A DNA stretch of 64,000 nt from Acidobacteriota bacterium (GCA_965263035.1 OZ253580.1:5536001-5600000); one strand, 5' to 3'; shown: positions 1-11,257, counted from the first letter of the stretch. Made by a program: numbers and translations. The notes: generated by a model from the letters alone, not told the origin.

Positions 1-758
1 CCCGAACCCGGAGCAAGATCCTGGAGAGTCTCTTTTCCCGGCAGGAATGGACCCTGGCGTTGCTCCAAGCCGTTTCGGAGGAGTCCGTCGCAGCGAGCCA
101 GATCGACGCCAAGCGTCGAGAGCTCCTCATGAACCACGACGACGAGTCGATCCGGGAGCAGGCGGTCCGGCTCCTGGGGTCCGAGGAACTGGGGTCTCGC
201 CAGGACGTGCTGGCCGAATTTCAGGCCAGCTTGTCTCTGACCGGCGACCACAAACGCGGCGAGGCCGTCTACCGGCGGGAATGCGTCAAGTGCCACCGGC
301 TCTCGTCCCGGGAACACCCCACCGGACCGAACCTGATCCGCGGTTTGGAGAAGGATCCCGAGTCCTTGCTGGCGAACATCCTGGATCCCAACCGTTTCAT
401 CGAACCCCAGTATCTGCAGTACGTGGCGACGGACCTCAAAGGGGGTCTCTACACCGGCCTGCTGCGGGATGAAACGGCCACCAGCGTCACCCTGGTGGAG
501 GGAGACGACCTGCGGAACACCCTGTTGCGGGTGAACATCCGCGAGATCCGGGCGACGACCAAATCCCTCATGCCCGAGGGTCTGGAAGAGAACATCGACC
601 ACCAGGAGATGGCCGATCTGATCTCCTTCATCCTCAAGTATCAGTACGAGGTCGGCACCGAGAGCGCAGGCATCGGCTACGGGGAGGAAGTCTACGAGGA
701 GATGATGCTTCACCCGTCGCTGAGACCGGAGAATCAGGATTCGCAGAAGGGGAATTAG
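1..758 (+). CDS. C-terminal part of a PVC-type heme-binding (CxxCH) protein / putative membrane-bound dehydrogenase; 5' end outside window
   Basis: GDxKRGEAVY..ECVKCH heme c motif followed by GPNL, ILDPNRFIEP and SLMPEGLE..ADLISFI, typical of this family. Confidence 0.8.
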   Translation, partial: RTRSKILESLFSRQEWTLALLQAVSEESVAASQIDAKRRELLMNHDDESIREQAVRLLGSEELGSRQDVLAEFQASLSLTGDHKRGEAVYRRECVKCHRLSSREHPTGPNLIRGLEKDPESLLANILDPNRFIEPQYLQYVATDLKGGLYTGLLRDETATSVTLVEGDDLRNTLLRVNIREIRATTKSLMPEGLEENIDHQEMADLISFILKYQYEVGTESAGIGYGEEVYEEMMLHPSLRPENQDSQKGN

Positions 759-891
759 TTAATAAGGCCTGTGCAAACGAATGGACAGCATTGTTACCGG
801 GTCACCAAAAGGGATCGACACTGACTCGGATGCGCCGGTATTTGAAGCATTAGTCCATGATAATTTGAAGAAAACTAACCCCCATTTCTCA

Positions 892-2887
892 GTGCGCCGT
901 GGAAAGGCGCTGTTTCTCAGTGGGTGCGAATCCCACCCGGCAACTGTCGCTCCAGCCGGTAGCAGTCGGAGCGGTTCATGGAGGCAACGATATGGACTGA
1001 AGCACTCCGATGTCAAAGGGTCGCTTTAGGCGACTCAGCGAGTCCGCAGGCCGCAACATGTGAACGCTGCGCAGGCCTCGAAACGGGTAATGCGGAAGCC
1101 GACCCGCCTGAGAAACGCACGAAGGCTGCCAGCGGTCGGGAAGCGAGCGACGCAAGCACCGACCGGTTCCGCCGGGGTATTGGCGGTGGCATGTGGACAA
1201 GAGGGAGACAGCAGCAACACGGGAAGCCCCGCCGGTGGCGTGGCACGCGTCAACCGGGAACCCGTGAGGGCCAGCCTGGGCCGTCGGGGTGGCGGAGAGG
1301 CCCGTAGTACTGGAGAAGCCGGGTAACGCCGGTGGAGGGAAGGGGCCTTGGTTCGAGAACCGCGTTGGACGGGGAAAAGGACGTGAAGACTGGTGAGAAC
1401 CTAGTAGCTTCAGAGAAAGTTCAGAGACTCCGGAAGACGCTCCATGCGAGCATCGAAGGAGGCTCCGGGCTTCCGGTTCTACTCGCTGTGCGACAAGGTG
1501 TGGCGGTTGGACGTGCTCCGTGTGGCCTGGCAGGAGGTCCGCCGCAACGGCGGGTCGGCCGGGGTGGACGGGGAGGCGATCGCCGACATCGAGTCGTCGG
1601 GGGTGGACGGGTGGCTCGGGGAACTGGCGCGGGACCTGAAGGAAGGGACCTACCGGCCCAACGCGGTGCGGCAGGTTCTGATCCCGAAGAAGCAACGCGG
1701 GAAGTTCCGGCCTTTGGGCATTCCGTGTGTGCGGGATCGGGTGGCGCAGACGGCGGCAATGTTGGTGTTGTCGCCGATCTTCGAAGCCGATCTGGCCCCG
1801 GAACAATATGCCTATCGGCCGGGCCGGAGCGCGGGCGATGCCGTCAAGCACGTGCACCGACTGCTGAACCGGGGCCACCGCGAGGTGGTGGACGCCGACC
1901 TGACGGACTACTTCGGCCAGATCCCCCATGCCCAACTGATCAAGTCCGTGGCCCGCCGCATCAGTGATGGGCGGGTGGTGGGTTGGATCAAGGCTTGGTT
2001 GGAGATGGCGGTGGAGGAAGAGGACGGCTGCGGCGGACGACGCCGAACGACCCGGGCGCGGCAAGAGAGGAAAGGGACCCCGCAAGGGGCGCCCATCTCA
2101 CCGCTGCTGAGCAACTTGTACATGCGACGCTTCATTCTGGGCTGGAAGGGACTGGGCTACGCTCGGCGCTTCAAGGCGGAAATCGTCAACTACGCAGACG
2201 ACTTTGTGGTCCTGGGCCAAGCTCCGGCCGCGATCATGCGGACGGCGGTCGAGGATCTGGTGAAGCGTCTGAAGCTGGCGTTGAACGCGGAGAAGACCCG
2301 AGAGGTGCGGGTGCCGGAGGAACCGCTGGAGTTCCTCGGCTACCGGATTGGGCGCAACTACCGCCGGGATACGGGGCGAGCCTACATTGGGACGCGCCCG
2401 AGCCCGGCGAGCGTTCAGAGCCTCTGCCGCAGGGTGAGCGCGTTGACCGAGAGACGCTATGGACTCCTGGAACCCGAGCGAGTCGTGGGACGCCTCAACC
2501 GGCTTCTGAACGGTTGGGCGAACTACTTCTCGTTGGGTCAGGTGAGTCCCGCTTATGCGACGATCGATCGGCACGCGACCCGGCGGCTGCGCCAGTGGCT
2601 GAGCCGCAAGCACAAGGTGAGGGCCGGGAAGACGGTGCGCTTCCCGGACAAGCGACTCTGGAAGGAGTGGGAGCTCACTCGTCTTGGTCCGCGAACGGCC
2701 AGCTTTCCGTGGGCGCGCGTATGATCTCGTCCGAGAGCCGGATGCGTTAGTAGCGCACGTCCGGTTCGATGAGCGGGGAGAGGAAACGGGGTCACGGTGG
2801 AGATTGAGGCACCGGCATGAGGGCGAAAGCCGCCGGCAACAGCGACTCCCTTCGACCTACGGCCGTCGCGCCTCTCCTCGACTCTAC
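892..2887 (+). mobile_element. Group II intron (bacterial, lacking the En domain; probably class E-like)
   Basis: 5' GTGCG at 892; domain V-like GAGAGCCGGATGCG..GCACGTCCGGTTCGATGAGCGGG at ~2733-2778; 3' end CGACTCTAC; EBS1 TGAGAAA (1109-1115) complementary to 5' exon TTTCTCA (885-891). Confidence 0.9.
1383..2724 (+). pseudogene. ltrA: Group II intron reverse transcriptase/maturase, frameshifted near the N-terminus (~1448)
   Basis: RPLGIP..DRV, GTPQGAPISPLLSN, YADDF and GWANYF motifs; N-terminal KVQRLRKTLHA lies in a different frame from SKEAPGFRFYSL. Confidence 0.85.
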
Positions 2888-4882
2888 CCAGATTATTCAT
2901 CACGCAAACATAAAATGAGCAAGCGTGCCCGTCATGTCGAGTCGGATCAGAGGGTTACGGGATACCCACAGAAAACGGATGGGATCCGACCTGGGTGAAA
3001 CGCTATCTTTGTTGTCAACGTCGGTTTAACCCCAGGATTCAAGGGGGGCCGAAACCCAAGCATTTCCACGGTTTGCGTCCCCTCCAAGGGCGGCATAAAG
3101 AGACGGCGTGCCCGTCATTTGTGGTATGATTATAGTGCTAAGAAACAACCACAATAAACGGAGCACGCCATGCCTGAGACGATACCGCAGATCCGGCCCT
3201 CATTCAACCGATCCCTCCGCCTCGAGACCCGCCCCGAGTTGCTCAGTGCGGACACGGGAGCCCTGGTGCAGCGGGAGCTGATGGAGCGCAGCGGCCTCAT
3301 CGACTGGTTGACCGAGCGGTTGCACGATCCGCGACACCCGAGTTCGATCCGCTATCCGCTGTCGGATCTGCTGCGAACTCGACTCCTGCTGCTGGGGCAG
3401 GGCTGGCGCGACCAGTCCGACGCCGACCGCCTGCGTCAGGATCCGAGCTTGCGGGTGGCGAGCCAGACCCGTCGGGGCACGGCGGCCTTGGAGGAGGGCC
3501 ACGGGCTGGCGTCACAGCCGACCTTGTCCCGACTGTTGGACACGCTCAGCCGGGAGGAGAACCTTCCGGTCCTGCACCAGGCGGTGACGGAGCTGGCGTG
3601 CCGTCGGATCGAGATGATCGAAGGTCGGCGGCGAAAACGGGGGAAAAAGACCCCACGGAAGAAGAGACGGAAAAAGACGATGGTCCTGGACGTGGACGGT
3701 CTCCCGGTCGAGGTCCATGGGCATCCCCCGGGAAGCGAATGGAACGGATACTATCGCCAGCGGATGTACCACGGATTGGTGGCGAGTTGTGCCGAGACGG
3801 GGGACCTGATCGACGGGGAGATTTTTCCGGGAGCCAGCTACCTGGGGAAGAAGGCGCTGAAGTTGACGCTCCGGGTGGTGGACCGCTGTCGGGGGCGTGT
3901 GTGCGGCTCGATGATCGTGCGGATGGATGCGGGGTTCCCGGAGCCGGGGCTGCTGCAGGGGCTGGAGTCGAGAAGCGTGCCCTATATCGCTCGAATCCGC
4001 AAGAATGAGGTCCTGAACCGGATGGCGAAGCCCTACTTGACCCAGCCGGCGGGGCGATCCCCGAAAGCACCACCGAGGCTCTGGTTCCATGAGCTGACCT
4101 ATCAGGCGGAGAGCTGGGATCGGGCGCGCCGGGTGGTGCTGGTGGTGCGGGAGCGACCGGGGGAGTTGTATCCGGATCATTTCTGGTTGCTGACGAGCCT
4201 GAGTCGGAAACGATACGAGGCGGAAGCGTTGCTGGCGCGGTACCGCAAACGGGGGAAGGCGGAAGGCCACATGGGGGAGTTGATGGACGTGCTCGATCCG
4301 GCCTTGTCCTCCGCGAGCCGGCCCAAGACGCACTACCGGGGGAAGCCGCTGAAGTCGGAAGCCAAGCCGGAAGCGAGGACGGAGGCCGGGGTTCGACCCC
4401 ACAACGAAGTCTTGTTTCTGCTGAATCTGCTGGGGTACGAGATCCTGCACCTGGGTCGGGTGCTGATGGAGCAGGCGACGCGTCGGGGCTGGAGTCTGCG
4501 TCGTTTTCGCGAGCGGGTGTTGCGAGTGGCATCTCGGGCGCTACGTCAGGGGAGGCGATTGATTTTCGTCATCAGTCAAGGGGCGACGGACTGGAAGCGG
4601 TTGTGGAAGAGACTGGCGCGGGTGTCCTGGGCGCCGGGATAGCGGACGGAGGAGGAATCGGGCCCGTGGAAGGGACCGAAACGGTGGGGATTTCTCACCG
4701 GAGAGTCAATCTGTCGGCGGGTGACGGCCCCCTTGGCCGTTAAACGGTTTATGACTGGTTCAATCGTCCTGTTTTTGAGCCGATTCAGTCGAATCGACAG
4801 AGGTTCAAGAGAAACCGGGCTGCGACCGCACGAAAACGCCGGGTTGGAAGCCCTTATCAACATGTTCCATGAATAATCTGGG
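2887..4882 (+). mobile_element. IS1380-family element B
   Basis: Perfect 14-bp IRs CCCAGATTATTCAT (2887-2900) / ATGAATAATCTGGG (4869-4882); 5-bp TSD CTCTA at 2882-2886 and 4883-4887. Confidence 0.9.
3170..4642 (+). CDS. IS1380-family DDE transposase
   Basis: LSADTG, LASQPTLSR, VLDVD, VRMDAGF, YRKRGKAE motifs. Confidence 0.9.
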   Translation: MPETIPQIRPSFNRSLRLETRPELLSADTGALVQRELMERSGLIDWLTERLHDPRHPSSIRYPLSDLLRTRLLLLGQGWRDQSDADRLRQDPSLRVASQTRRGTAALEEGHGLASQPTLSRLLDTLSREENLPVLHQAVTELACRRIEMIEGRRRKRGKKTPRKKRRKKTMVLDVDGLPVEVHGHPPGSEWNGYYRQRMYHGLVASCAETGDLIDGEIFPGASYLGKKALKLTLRVVDRCRGRVCGSMIVRMDAGFPEPGLLQGLESRSVPYIARIRKNEVLNRMAKPYLTQPAGRSPKAPPRLWFHELTYQAESWDRARRVVLVVRERPGELYPDHFWLLTSLSRKRYEAEALLARYRKRGKAEGHMGELMDVLDPALSSASRPKTHYRGKPLKSEAKPEARTEAGVRPHNEVLFLLNLLGYEILHLGRVLMEQATRRGWSLRRFRERVLRVASRALRQGRRLIFVISQGATDWKRLWKRLARVSWAPG

Positions 4883-5126
4883 CTCTACACACCGACACGA
4901 TAATCAGTTGGTTTAACAGCATTTCAGTGGTTTTCTTATCTACATGAATTCGAGAGCCGTCTGGCCGACTCGAATGCGGTGACGAATGCCGAAATCCGGC
5001 GATGGTCAGGGGCATTTGACCTCCCACCGGCACTCATGAGCGAGGTTTCTCCCCCAAGAGCCGACTCCAGGGCAGAGTCCGTCCCGCGGACTCCCAACCG
5101 GGCGTCTTCCATAGGGCTGGTTCTCG

Positions 5127-6539
5127 CTAACAGCGAAGCGGGAGGGCTTGCACTTGTGCCAGAACCGTCCGCAACAACGCCGCATGGGGGTAGCTCTCGG
5201 AAAACGACAGCCAGACCTTGCGCGTCGTGACCCGGACCTGTGCCCCGATCTTCAGCAATCTCACCCGCAGGGTCCAGCTCTGCGCCCGCGCCAGCTTCGT
5301 CCCTGCCAGTCCCACCCGCCGCAACGTCTCCATCATCACGTAGGCGAACGCCGAGAAATACAACCGCAGTTGATTCCCCGCCAGCTTCCGGGTCGACGTG
5401 CGGTCCGCAAACAGACCCAGCTGCTGTTCCTTTATCCGATTCTCCATGTCTCCCCGCGCGCAGTAGACCTCCTCGTACAATCTGCGCCCATCGCATTCCT
5501 GGACCGGGACCGAAGTCACGATGAACCGCGGGTTCTTTCCCCGGGGCAGGTGCTCCACCTTCGCCACCACCCGACGCTCGCACGACCACGTGTCCCGCGT
5601 CTGGTAGCGTAGTTCCTGAAACTGCCTCACCGCCTTCCCGATCGCCCGCTGCAACTGCCGGACGGTCTCCATCCGGGTCGCGATCCTCCGCTTCAGCCGA
5701 TCGTTCTGCGCCAACCCCAGGACGTAATCGATCCCTTCCTTCTCGCACCAGACCATCAACTCGTCGTTGGAGAAGGCACTGTCCCCTCGAACCACGATCC
5801 GGACCTGGGGCCACGCTTCACGCAGCCGCCTCACGATCGGTTCCAACTCCGCCACCACCCCGTGGGCCGCGCCTCGATCCGCCGTGCGCAGCCGCGCACA
5901 CAACAGGTGTTCCCCACAGAAGACGTACAGCGGCAGGTAGCAGTAGCGTTTGTAATAGCCGTGGAAAAACCGTCCCTCCTGCTTCCCATGCAGCGGATCG
6001 TCCGTGGCGTCCACGTCCAGGATCACCTCCTCCGGGGGCTCCGGATGCGCTTCCACAAACACCTCCAGCAGCAGTTCGTCCATCCCCGCCGGGTCGGCCA
6101 CGATCTTCTTGTACGCGCCCTCCGGTCCCTCCAACGGAGTCCGCTCCAGTCGGTTCAGGGTGCTCTTGCCTGCCAGCGGTTTGCCTCGATCCGACTCCAC
6201 GCGCCGGAACTCCCCCGTCAGGTCGTCCCGGTCGCACAGTAGCGCCAGGAGCCGGTCCCGGCACAACTCGTCGTGGTCGTTGAGGTCCTCGTAGCCCAGG
6301 CACAGCCCCAGCACCCGCTGTTTGATCAACGCCTCCACCGGGTGTTCGACTCGATCCGGGTCTCGATAGTCGGTGAAGCATTCGCTCAGACGACCCAGAA
6401 TCCGGGTCCGCTGCTCCACTTCGCGCAAGAGGACACCACCGGCGTCGGAGGTGATCTCGCCGCCGTCGAACCGGCCCACGACGTCCCGTCCGTCCAGGCC
6501 CTGAAATCTGAGCTTTATTCTGGTACACTCTGCGTTCAT
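5127..6539 (-). CDS. IS1380-family DDE transposase
   Basis: FDGGEITSDAG, GYEDLNDHD, LAGKSTLNRLE, LDVDATDDPLHG, RGDSAF, YCARGDMENRIKE motifs. Confidence 0.93.
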   Translation of the reverse strand: MNAECTRIKLRFQGLDGRDVVGRFDGGEITSDAGGVLLREVEQRTRILGRLSECFTDYRDPDRVEHPVEALIKQRVLGLCLGYEDLNDHDELCRDRLLALLCDRDDLTGEFRRVESDRGKPLAGKSTLNRLERTPLEGPEGAYKKIVADPAGMDELLLEVFVEAHPEPPEEVILDVDATDDPLHGKQEGRFFHGYYKRYCYLPLYVFCGEHLLCARLRTADRGAAHGVVAELEPIVRRLREAWPQVRIVVRGDSAFSNDELMVWCEKEGIDYVLGLAQNDRLKRRIATRMETVRQLQRAIGKAVRQFQELRYQTRDTWSCERRVVAKVEHLPRGKNPRFIVTSVPVQECDGRRLYEEVYCARGDMENRIKEQQLGLFADRTSTRKLAGNQLRLYFSAFAYVMMETLRRVGLAGTKLARAQSWTLRVRLLKIGAQVRVTTRKVWLSFSESYPHAALLRTVLAQVQALPLRC

Positions 6540-7167
6540 AAGGTCGCGTTCCTTCTGCTTTGTAAGTTATTGATTACACAACACTTATAGCAGAATACGC
6601 GGCCTTTATCTATCTTTCTGTTGAGATTTCCGGGCTACGCGAGCACTTCGGGTTGGAGCAAGACTGATATCTACGGCGATCATTCCGATGTCTATACGTC
6701 TGTGGATTTGCCCGAGATCATTTTGCCGCGGCATCAACACCTCGGTGATTACGCTAGCGTTGTATCGCGGCTCATCGAGATTTTTTCGAAAATCGCCAAG
6801 ACGGACGAACTCACCCTCTATCGCAACTTGGTTGCGGCCGACCGTGATGTCATACGGGTACGCACTGCTGAAAGCGACGATGGCAGCGTAGTCGCAAGCG
6901 GCGGAATCAATCTCATGCGGGGTGCGCACGACATGCTCTTGGCTGCGGCCTGCTCACTAAGGAATCCCCAACCTCTCTATCGGGCCGGTGCAAACAAAGA
7001 GGCCAGCGACTACTTGCGCCGAGTTCGCTTGGGACAGACTGAACAGGGTAGTTTCGTTATCACACTGCTGACACCTGTTGTTCCGCCACGGATACAGCCA
7101 ACACTCGGCCGAGAATATGATCGAGACGACGATCCAATCGAGCGGCAGGTGACACGGCGTCTAGCTA

Positions 7168-8817
7168 ATTCTCATCCAGAAAGTTGGGTTTTGGGGGATT
7201 GGGTAGCCCGAGGAAGGCCGGAGAAACTGCAATAAACCGGCTCGATGGGGGCCGAAAGCAGGAAATTCAAGTCCGTTGAGAGCCGATCCCGGATTTTGAA
7301 GACACGAGTCCCTGACGGGGCATCGGCAATGGATTCAAGCTGCGCTTACAGCAGCAGGCGGGCCAGAACCAGCAGGTTGAAGCTGATGATCGAGAGGTAC
7401 ACATATTGCTGGAAGTGGGGCCAGCCCTTCCAGGTGCAGCGTCCGAGTCCGAACACTCGCTTGAGCCACGAGATGCACCCTTCGATGCCGGCCCGGAAGC
7501 GTCGCAGTTGCCGGTAGACCCAACTGGAGCGCACCATCTCAGGGACCTTCAGTCCGCGTTTCTTGGCAAAGGCGACATCCTGGACGCCTTGCTTTTTGGC
7601 CCACTCCAGATTGGAGCGGCTGGCAAAGCATCCGTCACAACTGACCTGTCGAGGCCAACGGCCGTACAGATCATACTGGCGCCGCATCCAGGGCTGGAAC
7701 TGACCGGCATCGTTAGGGTTCCCCCGCACCACCTCAGCATCCAGCATCAGGCCGGAGACGCCGCCGGTCAGAAACAGCTTGTGCCCAAAGACCGTTTCCC
7801 GGCGCTTCTTTTTGATGATGTCGGTGTGCTCCTCAAACAAGGAGAGGACTTTCTCGGCGGCCGGAACCGTCTCTCCCCGCAGCACACGCCGCTCGGTCTG
7901 GTCGATGATCTTCTTCGTCAAATCCAAGTAATGGCGCAGTTGACCGGCGATGACCAGACTGGGCAGGTCGGTGAACCGATCCGCTTGCCGCAGCGCCCTC
8001 TCGGCGTCATGAGCGGTCTTGCGAGCGACCTTCAACAGATCCCGATAGGCTCGCAGACGACGCTTGCCCCGGTGGTTGGCGATGTTCGCAACAGCGTCGC
8101 TTGGCCCGGCGCCGGTGATCCGAAAAGACGATCTTGTGAGGTCGGGCCAAGCGGCGCAGCCAGCGGGTGAGGACTCGAACCGAGTCGGACAACATCTGGG
8201 AATCCCGCGGATAGGGGATGGGGCTTTCCACGGCCGTGGCATCGGCTCGGATCTTCCGTCCCCGTTCCAGTCCCTGGCCCTCCGCCCATTGCACCAGGAG
8301 CCGGTTGATCTGCTGCCAGGTTCCGGCTTGAATCCGGCTGATGTTGTCCTGGAGGCAGGAGGCACTGGGGGTCCATTGCCAAGGGAGTCGAGCGAAGCGA
8401 CGAAAGCTCTGAGAGTCGCTCCAGAGGAACGCCAACTTGGTGTAGGGCAGCTGATGCCAGTTCTTGAGGATGGCCGCGCGCAGGACCTGCTCTGCGGAGA
8501 GACCCGGAGCCCCCTGGCCTGAACCGGCGGTGTCACACAGATCGTGTAGAACCAGACCCAGGATCGAGGGGTTGTCATCCAAGATCTTGGAAACAGCTTT
8601 CAATTCCTGGGCGAGTCGGTGACCGGGCCAGAGCCCGGAGAGCGGAAGCTGGTTTTCCCGTTTTCGGCGCATTGTTCAAGCCCCCGGTTTTGTGTAAGTC
8701 ATTTGGTTGCTTTTATTTAGCACCAATAGACTACCAAACGACTATGACAGAACCGGGGCTTGAAAATGCCTCCTTAGTCCTTATTTCCCAATAACTTACG
8801 GCTTTCCGGATGAGAAC
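7168..8817 (-). mobile_element. IS5/ISNCY-like insertion sequence
   Basis: IRs ATTCTCATCCAGAAAG / CTTTCCGGATGAGAAC; flanking duplication TAGCTA (7162-7167, 8818-8823). Confidence 0.8.
7346..8672 (-). pseudogene. IS5/ISNCY-like DDE transposase, frameshifted at ~8090
   Basis: RADATAVES..YPRDS in one frame; KVLSLFEEHTDII, FGHK, CDGCF and FRAGIEGCISWLKR in another. Confidence 0.8.
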
Positions 8818-9943
8818 TAGCTAGCGCTCTTGCCGCTACTCGAAAAGCGACTGAAAGAACGGTCAAAGGAGATGCCAGCGCCTTCTCGGAGGCCGTGAAT
8901 GACGGTGTAAGCGCCAATCTGTGTGAGGCACTTGTTGAAGTGATTGAACCATTCCAGACAGTGGATGTTAGTCTGACCTGGGCTCGGACACGTCCGACAC
9001 ATCAAGCCCAGGATATCATTCACTTTGCCGCTGACGATGCTCCCATTTTGCGCGAAGCCTCACGGTTGTTCCGAGACCACGAACCGTGCCCGGATAAGAC
9101 TTTGTTTGGCGTTGTGCGGACGCTGAGTCGTGGCGAGGCCGAAACGAAAGGAACAGTTACTTTGCTGGCATCCATCGACGGGACGATCAAGTCAGTCAAA
9201 ACCGTTTTGCAGCAGTCTGACTACGAGCGGGCGATCTTGGCTCATAAAGAGAAGGCCCCAGTAGTAATGAAGGGTGATCTTGAGCGCTCTGGACAACGAT
9301 GGCGCTTGCTGAACCCGAAAATTGTAAATGTCATCCAGGGTAGCGAGTAGAGCCCGGGGTTATCGTGCCAAAGAAACAGCCCACACCCCAACCCGACCCC
9401 AAAGACAGAGCCCCGCTTCCATGCGCGACCTGGAAGATGTTTTCGGTCAGCTAATAGCAGCACCTCCTGGCAAGTTGAAGAGTGAGAATAGGGAGCCTGC
9501 ACGGCAGAATTGAGGCAGCGTTACAGACTGGTCCGTCGGCGTTGATGGCCAGCCTTGCTGATTTTGCTACATAAATCCCTTAAGTTAACGGACGAAGCCC
9601 GGTGCGGAACCGTGCCGGAAAGTATATTCTGGTCGGCAGGAGGAAGGCCCACCGAGACTCCGCATAATCGGCGGGAGCACGGGCTCCGCCCAGTTCTGAC
9701 CATGGCGACGGGATCCCCTTCGGTCCGTTCGATGGTCGTTTTTAGTGGAACGCTCCTCATTCTCCCATCATCGGCGGATACGGATTCCTGCGGCGCAGGC
9801 TCCTAGCCCGGATAGCCTCCGCCGGTCTCCGCGCCGGCCCTCCGGGTGACACCCCTGGCCCGCTGCGGCTCAGAGGCCCTTAGGGCCGGAAGGTGCCCTT
9901 CCGGCCAGGCAGCACGCCCAGGAAGACCACCGGTGAGGGGGCG

Positions 9944-10120
9944 TCAGGCGTCTTTGGGCCGTGGCGCCAAGTCGAACAGTGCCCGGTCCTGGTCGCGCTC
10001 CAGGAACTCATCGAGGCCCTTCATGAACCGGGTCATGAACACCGGGTCGGCTTGGCTGACGCTGTCGATGTAGGACCCGAGCAGGATCAAGCGGCGGGTG
10101 CGGCGCTTGCGGTCGGCGGC
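9944..10120 (-). pseudogene. C-terminal remnant of a MobC/MobS-like plasmid mobilisation accessory protein
   Basis: Manual translation AADRKRRTRRLILLGSYID..KGLDEFLERDQDRALFDLAPRPKDA* resembles the RKxxTRRxIxxG..LDxFLxRxxDRxLF pattern; not in the ORF track. Confidence 0.55.
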
Positions 10121-10998
10121 GGTGACGCGCCCAGGCGCTGAGCAATTATCAGCACGTGGTCATTGTCATGCGTGATGTGCGTCATGTCGCGGAACGCCTG
10201 CCGCACGCGCTGGCGGAAGGTGTCGATCGCCGCGCGGAGCGCATCTTCTGAATACAGCCGAAAGGTCGAATAATGATAGTGGGTGACTTGTTCGACGAGT
10301 CGAACCAAGGAGGAGGTGACCGGCCACGCAACCGTCTGCGCGCGCACCGACCTGAAGGCACCGGTGGCTTCCAGGGCGGCTCGCACATCGTTGACCTCAT
10401 GGAGTCTCGTTTCCCGCGTGGCAAACTCGGGAAAGTGGCGGCCCCAGATTGTGCGGCGGTTCTGCTCTGGGGTTCGCATATAGACGACGAGCTGGCCGGA
10501 GGGGGTGAGCACCCGAGACGCCTCGCCAGCAAACCGGGCGAGGTCGAAGTGGTGCACGGCATTGAAGCAGGTCATCACGTCACAGATGGAGGCCCGGAAC
10601 GGGAGCGTTTCGACGGCCCCGACCAGGTGCCGCGTACGCAGACCCGCGTGTCTGTTGCGGATGCGTGCTTGCCTGAGCATGGGCGGACTCAGATCCAGGC
10701 CGATGGAAACGACCTGCATGGCAAGAGCTGAGCCTAAGCAATGATTGACCGCGTCCAGGTACCGTCCCGAGCCCGTGGCGACGTCCACAAGCCGCACGGG
10801 TCTCCCTAAGTCCACGGCGCGAGCCACTACGTCGCTGATGATACGCACGGCCTCGAAATCCAGCTCGCGCAGCGTTCGATACCGTGCAGACACCTTGGCG
10901 AAGTGGTCGCTCAACCGCACCGTGCGACCGCGCGCTTCCCAGTCGTCCGGCCCAGGGGTAATCTCGACAGTCAATTCCGGAGTGCCTCCCGTGGCCAT
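10087..10998 (-). CDS. Class I SAM-dependent methyltransferase
   Basis: LVDVATGSG motif I, GLDLSPPML, ETLPF..DVMTC..AVHHF, RVLTPSG. Confidence 0.85.
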   Translation of the reverse strand: MATGGTPELTVEITPGPDDWEARGRTVRLSDHFAKVSARYRTLRELDFEAVRIISDVVARAVDLGRPVRLVDVATGSGRYLDAVNHCLGSALAMQVVSIGLDLSPPMLRQARIRNRHAGLRTRHLVGAVETLPFRASICDVMTCFNAVHHFDLARFAGEASRVLTPSGQLVVYMRTPEQNRRTIWGRHFPEFATRETRLHEVNDVRAALEATGAFRSVRAQTVAWPVTSSLVRLVEQVTHYHYSTFRLYSEDALRAAIDTFRQRVRQAFRDMTHITHDNDHVLIIAQRLGASPPPTASAAPAA

Positions 10999-11257
10999 CA
11001 GTTTTCTACGTGGAACGCCGGACCCCACGGCGGGATCGATTCAGGGGGCTCGACGACAATGCACCCTCAAACTCTGCCGCTACTCCGGCAACCTGTCAAG
11101 CGCTACGGTGATAGGAACCTCCAACCCGCCTGGTGCGCGGAGGCGGCCCGGGCTGATTGGGGGAGGCCCTCTCCCCCATCAGACTCCAGATCCTCTTCCG
11201 CCAGCGGCGCAAAGCGGGGCGACCCCCGCAGAAATCAGAGGTCAGGGACGTGGGTCA

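Larger units (their letters stand above)
879..6634 (-). mobile_element. IS1380-family element A, with its left terminal IR interrupted by a group II intron and IS1380-B
   Basis: Right end revcomp CCCGGAAATCTCAACA (6619-6634) matches CCCCCATTTCTCA|ACA, rebuilt by joining 879-891 to 4889 onward; IS1380 transposase inside. Confidence 0.75.
6635..9350 (+). pseudogene. Hypothetical protein, N-terminally truncated by IS1380-A and split by an IS at 7168-8817
   Basis: ORF 6635-7167 (..RQVTRRLA) joins in frame to the downstream ORF (SALAATRK..GVSANLCEAL, ending 9350) when the IS and one TSD copy are removed. Confidence 0.75.

Noticed and set aside
9564-9590. Second dif-like site (GCTACATAA-ATCCC-TTAAGTTAAC)
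   Set aside because: The spacer is only 5 bp and the match to the 11258 site is weak.
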